A stretch of 64,000 nt of DNA from Octopus vulgaris (Eukaryota), in NCBI GenBank assembly GCA_951406725.2, contig OX597822.1:93124001-93188000 (forward strand). Direction: 5' to 3'. The translations under genes were made by a program, and so were the position numbers. The notes beneath the pieces are model-generated. The model was not told the DNA's origin, searched no databases, and saw nothing but the letters and a program-made list of their open reading frames with translations. This document shows, one piece after another, positions 57,807-64,000 of the stretch. Position 1 is the stretch's first letter. Every line of letters starts with the position of its first letter.

Positions 57807-58713
57807 TGTAGAAGCCGCTTATTGTAATCTGTCCGGACGAAGACTTTCTAATAACTACAATAGTTTGAGATCCACTATTGTTGGCAATAACTGCCGAATG
57901 ACATTATTCTTGATTATAATAAACGGTTCCTACTGTGTACATATGTTTGTGTTTGAGCTGCTGTTGTTGTTGCTGCTGTTCAGGATACAGGCATTCCTGT
58001 TTACTCTTTTACTTGTTTCAGTCATTTGACTGCGGCCATGCTGGAGCACCGCCTTTAGTCGAGCAAATCAACCCCGAGACTTATTCTTTGTAAACCCAGT
58101 ACCTATTCTATCGGTCTCTTTTGCCGAACCGCTAGGTGACGGGGACGCAAACACACCAGCATTGGTTGTCAAGCAATGCTAGGGAGACAAACACAGACAC
58201 ACAAACACACACACATACATATATATATATACACATATATTCGACAGGCTTCTTTTAGTTTCCGTCTACCAAATCCACTCACAAGGCATTGGTCGACCCG
58301 GGGCTATAGCAGAAGACACTTGCCCAAGATACCACGCAGTGGGACTGAACCTGGAACCATGTGGTTGGTTAGCAAGCTACTTACCACACAGCCACTTCTG
58401 CGCCTATTTATTTATTTATTTTTGAAATCTCGTCTACTTTGGACTACGTGATCCAATGCATCCTTTCTTCTTTTCTTAAGACGCTGGCGTGTAATTTGAT
58501 GGAGATTTGGTTACTACTTCTTGCAAGCCAAACGACCTTGTAGGGTTTCTTACGTTGGCTCTAGTTACGAATGTAAAGAAAGAAAAAAAGAAACCTTCAA
58601 AAATATGAGAGTGGGAAAGTGAGTCACCGGTGGTAGCATTGTGAAATTTACGAGTGTTTCGTTACACATTGTGACCTAGTCACACTCGTGTTTAAGGGAC
58701 CCCATGTGATATT

Positions 58714-59372
58714 TGTATGTATGTATGTATGTATGTATGTATGTATGTATGTATGTATGTATGTATGTATGTATGTATGTATGTATTTATGTATGTATGT
58801 ATGTATGTATGTATGTATGTATGTGTGTGTATGTATGTATGTATGTGTGTGTGTATATGTATGTATATGTGTGTGTGTATGTATGTATGTATGTATGTAT
58901 GTTTGTATGTATGTATGTATGTATTTATGTATGTATGTATGTGTGTGTATGTATGTATGTATGTATGTATGTATGTATGTATGCATGTGTATGTATGTTT
59001 GTATGTATGTATGTATGTGTCTGTCTGTCTGTATGTATGTATGTATGTGTGTGTATGTATGTATGTATGTATGTATGTATGTATGTATGTATGTATGTGT
59101 GTATGTATGTATGTATGTATGTATGTATGTATGTATGTATGTATGTATGTATGTATGCATGCATGCATGTATGTATGTATGTTTGTATGTACGTATGTAT
59201 GTGTCTGTATGTATGTATGTTTGTATGTATGTATGTATGTATGTATGTATGTATGTATGTATGTATGTATGTATGTATGTATGTATGTATGTATGTATGT
59301 ATGTATGTATGTTTGTATGTATGTATGTATGTATGTATGTATGTATGCATGTATGTATGTATGTTTGTATGT
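58714..59372. repeat. (TATG)n microsatellite
   Basis: Visible directly. Confidence 0.95.
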
Positions 59373-59865
59373 CTCTTCTATTTTTTAATTATTACAAATC
59401 TTCTCCTGAGTAGGGAGTTGTTTTCAATCAAAGACACAAAACTCCTTCTGGTACTGCAAATGCATTGTGGTATATTGTTTTGTTGTAAGAGGAGAGTTCC
59501 GACTTTAGTCACAGTGCCTTCGTATGGTACATTTTACGTCTATGCCTCGGTACTTGTAACATTCTTTGTGTGGAATGGGGGAGATAGGGAGACCGTTGGT
59601 GCGCAGGTTTTGGGTTTGGGGGACTGACTTTCCTCCTTCTATACTCTCTTTTTACTCTTTTACTTGTTTCAGTCATTTGACTGCGGCCATGCTGGAGCAC
59701 CGCCTTTAGTCGAGCAAATCGACCCCGGGACTTATTCTTTGTAAGCCCAGTACTTATTCTATCGGTCTCTTTTGCCGAACAGCTAGGTGACGGGGACGTA
59801 AACACACCAGCATCGGTTGTCAAGCAATGCTAGGGGGACAAACACAGACACACAAACACACACAC

Positions 59866-59947
<82 letters not shown>

Positions 59948-60073
59948 CGGAGATGTACTCGCATAGCAAGTAATTTGATCTGAGATCGTGTGCTGAAACG
60001 AAAACAATTGCAGCGTGGGAGGTTTTATAAGCCACACAAAAGCCGTTCGATTCACTCCAACATTTAAGTTTAA

Positions 60074-60123
60074 TTTGTCAAAATATTTTCGTCGCTAAAA
60101 TCCGCGACCTGTTCACTGACAAA
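60074..60123 (-). ncRNA. Type-I hammerhead ribozyme, G3-C8 core-swap variant
   Basis: TTTGTCA-GTGAACA-G-GTCGC ggatttta GCGAC-GAAA-ATAT-TT-TGACAAA. Lies in a ~200-bp element bounded by (TA)n. Confidence 0.7.
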
Positions 60124-60139
60124 GTCCGTGCTGCATCTT

Positions 60140-60196
<57 letters not shown>

Positions 60197-60351
60197 TACG
60201 ACGGCCCAGTTTCCGTCTACCAAATCCACTCACAAGGCATTGGTCGGCCCGGGGCTATAGCAGAAGACACTTGCCCAAGATGCCACGCAGTGGACTCAAC
60301 CCGGAACCATGTGGTTGGTTAGCAAGCTACTTACCACACAGCCCAAATATG

Positions 60352-60570
60352 AACATTTTTTTTTTCTCCAAATTCCATGTCTATATCAGCTGAAAATGTT
60401 ATTAATTCCAGTTGCTTTTTGGCCTTGTTAACGCTTTTAGCATAAATCTTGAGGTCATCTACAAAGAAATTATGAATTACATTGGTATTTCTAGCAGTTG
60501 AAGATCGCAGCATGTTACTATTTGCTTTCTGCAGTAGGATCGATAATGGATTCAGTGCCAACATGAAAAG
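60352..60570 (-). pseudogene. R4/Dong-type RT fragment
   Basis: LFMLALNPLS...HNFFVDDLKIY...FSADIDMEFG. Confidence 0.75.
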
Positions 60571-61410
60571 TATGTGTGTGTATGTATGTATGTATGTATG
60601 TACGTATGTACGTATGTATGTATGTGTGTATGTATGTATGCATGCATGTATGTATGTATGTATGTATGTATGTATGTATGTATGTATGTATGTGTGTGTG
60701 TATGTATGTATGTATGTATGTATGTATGTATGTATGCATGCTTGCATGCATGTATGTATGTATGTATGTATGTATGTATGCATGCATGCATGTATGTATG
60801 TATGTATGTATGTATGTATGTATGTATGTATGTATGTATGTATGTATGTATGTATGTATGTATGTATGTATGTATGTATGTATGTATGTATGTATGTATG
60901 TATGTGTGTATGTATGTATGTATGTATGTATGTATGTATGTATGTATGCATGCATGTATGTTTGTATGTATGTACGTATGTATGTGTCTATGTATGTATG
61001 TATGTATGTATGTATGTATGTATGTATGTATGTATGTATATATGTATGTATGTATGTGTGTGTGTATGTATGTATGTATGTATGTACGTATGTATGTATG
61101 TATGTACGTATGTATGTACGTATGTATGTGTCTATGTATGTATGTATGTATGTATGTATGTATATATGTACGTATGTATGTGTGTATGTATGTATGTATG
61201 TATGTATGTATGTATGTATGTGTGTATGTATGTATGTGTGTATGTACGTATGTATGTATGTGTGTATGTATGCATGCATATATGTATGTATGTATGTATG
61301 TTTGTATGTATGTATGTATGCATGCATGCATATATGTATGTATGTATGTATGTTTGTATGTGTGTATGTATGTGTGTATGTTTGCGTGTGTGTTTGTATA
61401 TACGTATGTT
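60571..61410. repeat. (TATG)n microsatellite
   Basis: Visible directly. Confidence 0.95.
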
Positions 61411-61548
61411 CGTCAACGTTTTTACATAAATGTGTTTTAGCGCAGTTATAGCTTTATGGTTAAGAAGCTCGTTTTGCAACTACGCAGTTTTGGGTTCAAT
61501 CTCGCTGAAATTGAATTTGATAGAAGGAAACGACACGGAAGACCGTAG

Positions 61549-61581
<33 letters not shown>

Positions 61582-62094
61582 GCGCGCGCATACACGCATA
61601 CATATGTGAGCGTGTCTGTGTTCGTGTATGTCTCCTTCCGCCATTTGACACTGTGTGACCCAATGACTGAAACAAGTGAAAGATAAAATAGATCTTTATG
61701 AATAAATTGTCTTTATCTTTCATAGAGATAACTTACATTAACGATTAGAAGAAGAAAAAAAAGCTACCTTTAAAAAGCCTGGCCGTGCCAAATCGATCAG
61801 ATACAGGGCTTAAGAAATTCATGATGATTAAGACCTTGCCTAGATCAAATTCTCCTGCTAAGAGGATATTTTTCAGTTGAGTCTGCTTACTTACTACAGA
61901 CGCCAGGATTTTGAATACGTCGTGTGTGTATAATAATATGACGAATGAAAAATTAGACACAAATGAGTCAGCATTGCGTTTGTATATTCTTAGTCGCTTT
62001 GTCACTATTTCTTGCAGACACTCCAGTGACCTCTCACGTGATCTGAAGGCTTTTGAGGAACCTCAGCTTGGAAATGTTGGTTAAATTTATTTAT

Positions 62095-62510
62095 GTCTTT
62101 ATTGCCTACAGGGGGTTAAATATAGAGATAGAGGGGGCAAACAAGGACAGAGAAAGGGACTGAGTCGATCACATCGACCCCAGTGCATGACTGGTACTTA
62201 TTTAATCGACCCCGAAAGGATGAAAGACAAAGTCGACCTCGGCAGAATTTGAGCTCAGAACGTGACGGCAGACGAAATACCTATTTCTTTACTACCCACA
62301 AGGGGCTAAACACTGAGAGGACAAACAAGGACAGACAAACGGATTAAGTCGATTACATCGATCCCAGTGCGTAACTGGTACTTAATTTATCGACTACGAA
62401 AGGATGAAAGGCAAAGTCGACCTCGGAAGAATTTGAACTCAGAACGTAGCGGCAGACGAAATACCGCTAAGCATCTCGCCCGGTGTGCTAACGATTCTGC
62501 CAGCTCGCCG
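62095..62510 (-). mobile_element. Tandem dimer of SINE family 1
   Basis: Two units joined at gacgaaatacc|tatttctttactaccc. Confidence 0.85.
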
Positions 62511-62534
62511 GTTGCGCAGCACTGTTCTAAATGT

Positions 62535-62706
62535 TCGAACTCAATATCTATAAGAACACCACAAGTCATCTAACGGATTCAAAACGTTATAGGTATTGAT
62601 CCTGGAAAATTAATGAGAGCTATCGCCAACGAACTTCAGATTTCGGGATGAATTATCAGAACTATGGTGCTCGAAGACATTCATTAAAAGTCGTATACAG
62701 TGAGAT
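62535..62706 (+). pseudogene. Tc1/mariner (maT-like) transposase HTH fragment
   Basis: IRTP...DPGKLMRAIANELQIS..IIRTMVLEDI..KSY. Confidence 0.5.
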
Positions 62707-63184
62707 ACTAATTCATGTTTCGCACTGGGGTCGATATAATCGACTTAATCCGTTTGTCTGTCCTTATTCGTCCCCTCTGTGTTTAAGCCCCTTGTGGATA
62801 GTAAAGAAATAGGTATGCCGCGAGGTGTACCACAATGTGACCTGAATATAATTTTTTTCCCCTATTCTTTTAGTTAAACTTTTAGTTCAAGTGAGCTGCT
62901 GAATTTTGAAAAGAACATAAGTGTACCGCAAGTGAAAAAATGGTTGGGGGGACCGGTTTAGAATATTTGTTTCTTTTTGATACAGCAAAAACATTCACAA
63001 CAGAGACATACAGCTCCACCCCGAACTTTGTATACGAAAGATCTGGTTACACTTAGAGAGTTGGAAATTTCTACATTTATGACAACAATAACTGCGTGAC
63101 TTTTTATTATTTTGCATTAACATTTTAGCTGGCCTCGGGGCATCTGGAAGAAATAAACTCCTTTTAATTGATTTAAAGAGAGTA

Positions 63185-63245
<61 letters not shown>

Positions 63246-63258
63246 CATAATAATAATC

Positions 63259-63317
<59 letters not shown>

Positions 63318-63343
63318 TAATTAATTCCAAATGAATACTTATA

Positions 63344-64000
63344 TTGGGTTGACAACTAAGTTCCCGCCGTTTTTTTTAAAATTAAAATTTTAAAAAGGTA
63401 AATAAAAAAAATAACAACTAATTAATGAATAATGTATTCATCCTTGTTGTTTACAAATTCTTCCCAACTTTCAACGAGATTTCCAATACCTCGTTGGTAG
63501 AAATCACCCGATTTTGACTCGAAAAATTGATCCAACCAAGCGCTCAATTCTACATCAGTATTGAACGAAACTCCGCGCATAGCATTTGAAAGAGATCGAA
63601 AGAGGTGGAAATCTGTTGGTGCCAAATCAGGAGAGTACGGCTGGTGTGGCAGCACTTCCCAGCCATGCGCTTGAATAGCTTCCTTGGTCATATTGGCGAT
63701 ATGAGGGCAGGCGTTGTTGTGCAGCAGAAGAACTCCATGCTGCCGATTAGGTCTTTTCTCTTGAATAGCCGTGTTGAATCGTTCCATCTGTTAAACATAG
63801 TGTTCCGCGTTGACCGTTTGGTTCCATTCAAGCAATTCGTAATGGATAATCCCTATCCAGCCCCATCATACGCACAACATCGTTTTACGCGGATGAAGAT
63901 CTTGTTTCACGCGAGGTGTAGCTTGTTTACCGGGGCTACGCCATTCCTTACGCTGCTTCATATTGATGTACAGGCACCAATTTTCGTCGTCAGTAAGGAT
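63344..64000 (-). pseudogene. Mariner transposase 3' half with TIR (runs off the window)
   Basis: LLLHNNACPH and WEVLPHQPYSPDLAPTDFHLFRSL motifs, with stops. TIR TA|TTGGGTTGACAACTAAG. Confidence 0.9.

Overview
This is AT-rich, microsatellite-dense eukaryotic non-coding DNA. Its tRNA-derived SINE families and (TA)n/(TATG)n/(TAGA)n load look like an octopus (cephalopod) genome; the organism is inferred from repeat recognition. I found no intact host gene, and nearly all ORFs in the supplied track are microsatellite artefacts. One weak candidate coding exon lies at 51776-51835 (-). The window is a patchwork of decayed mobile elements: dozens of SINEs; mariner/Tc1 remnants; a hATm-like transposase; hAT and pogo-type MITEs; Helitron ends; and RTE, R4/Dong, CR1-group and ORF1 (gag-like) LINE pieces. 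The most striking signal is a set of about a dozen minimal type-I hammerhead ribozyme (HHR) motifs on both strands, carried by Penelope-like element (PLE) or retrozyme-like fragments. These include a G3-C8 core-swap variant, HHRs with very long stem II, a 355-nt retrozyme-like unit with a target-site duplication (TSD), and fold-back palindromes. A conserved multi-stem RNA motif with compensatory changes (GYAAAUA ... GGGCUAAA) appears in three highly diverged copies, two of them directly downstream of an HHR cleavage site. I do not recognise it as a named RNA family. All structures were read by eye, with no folding or database searches.
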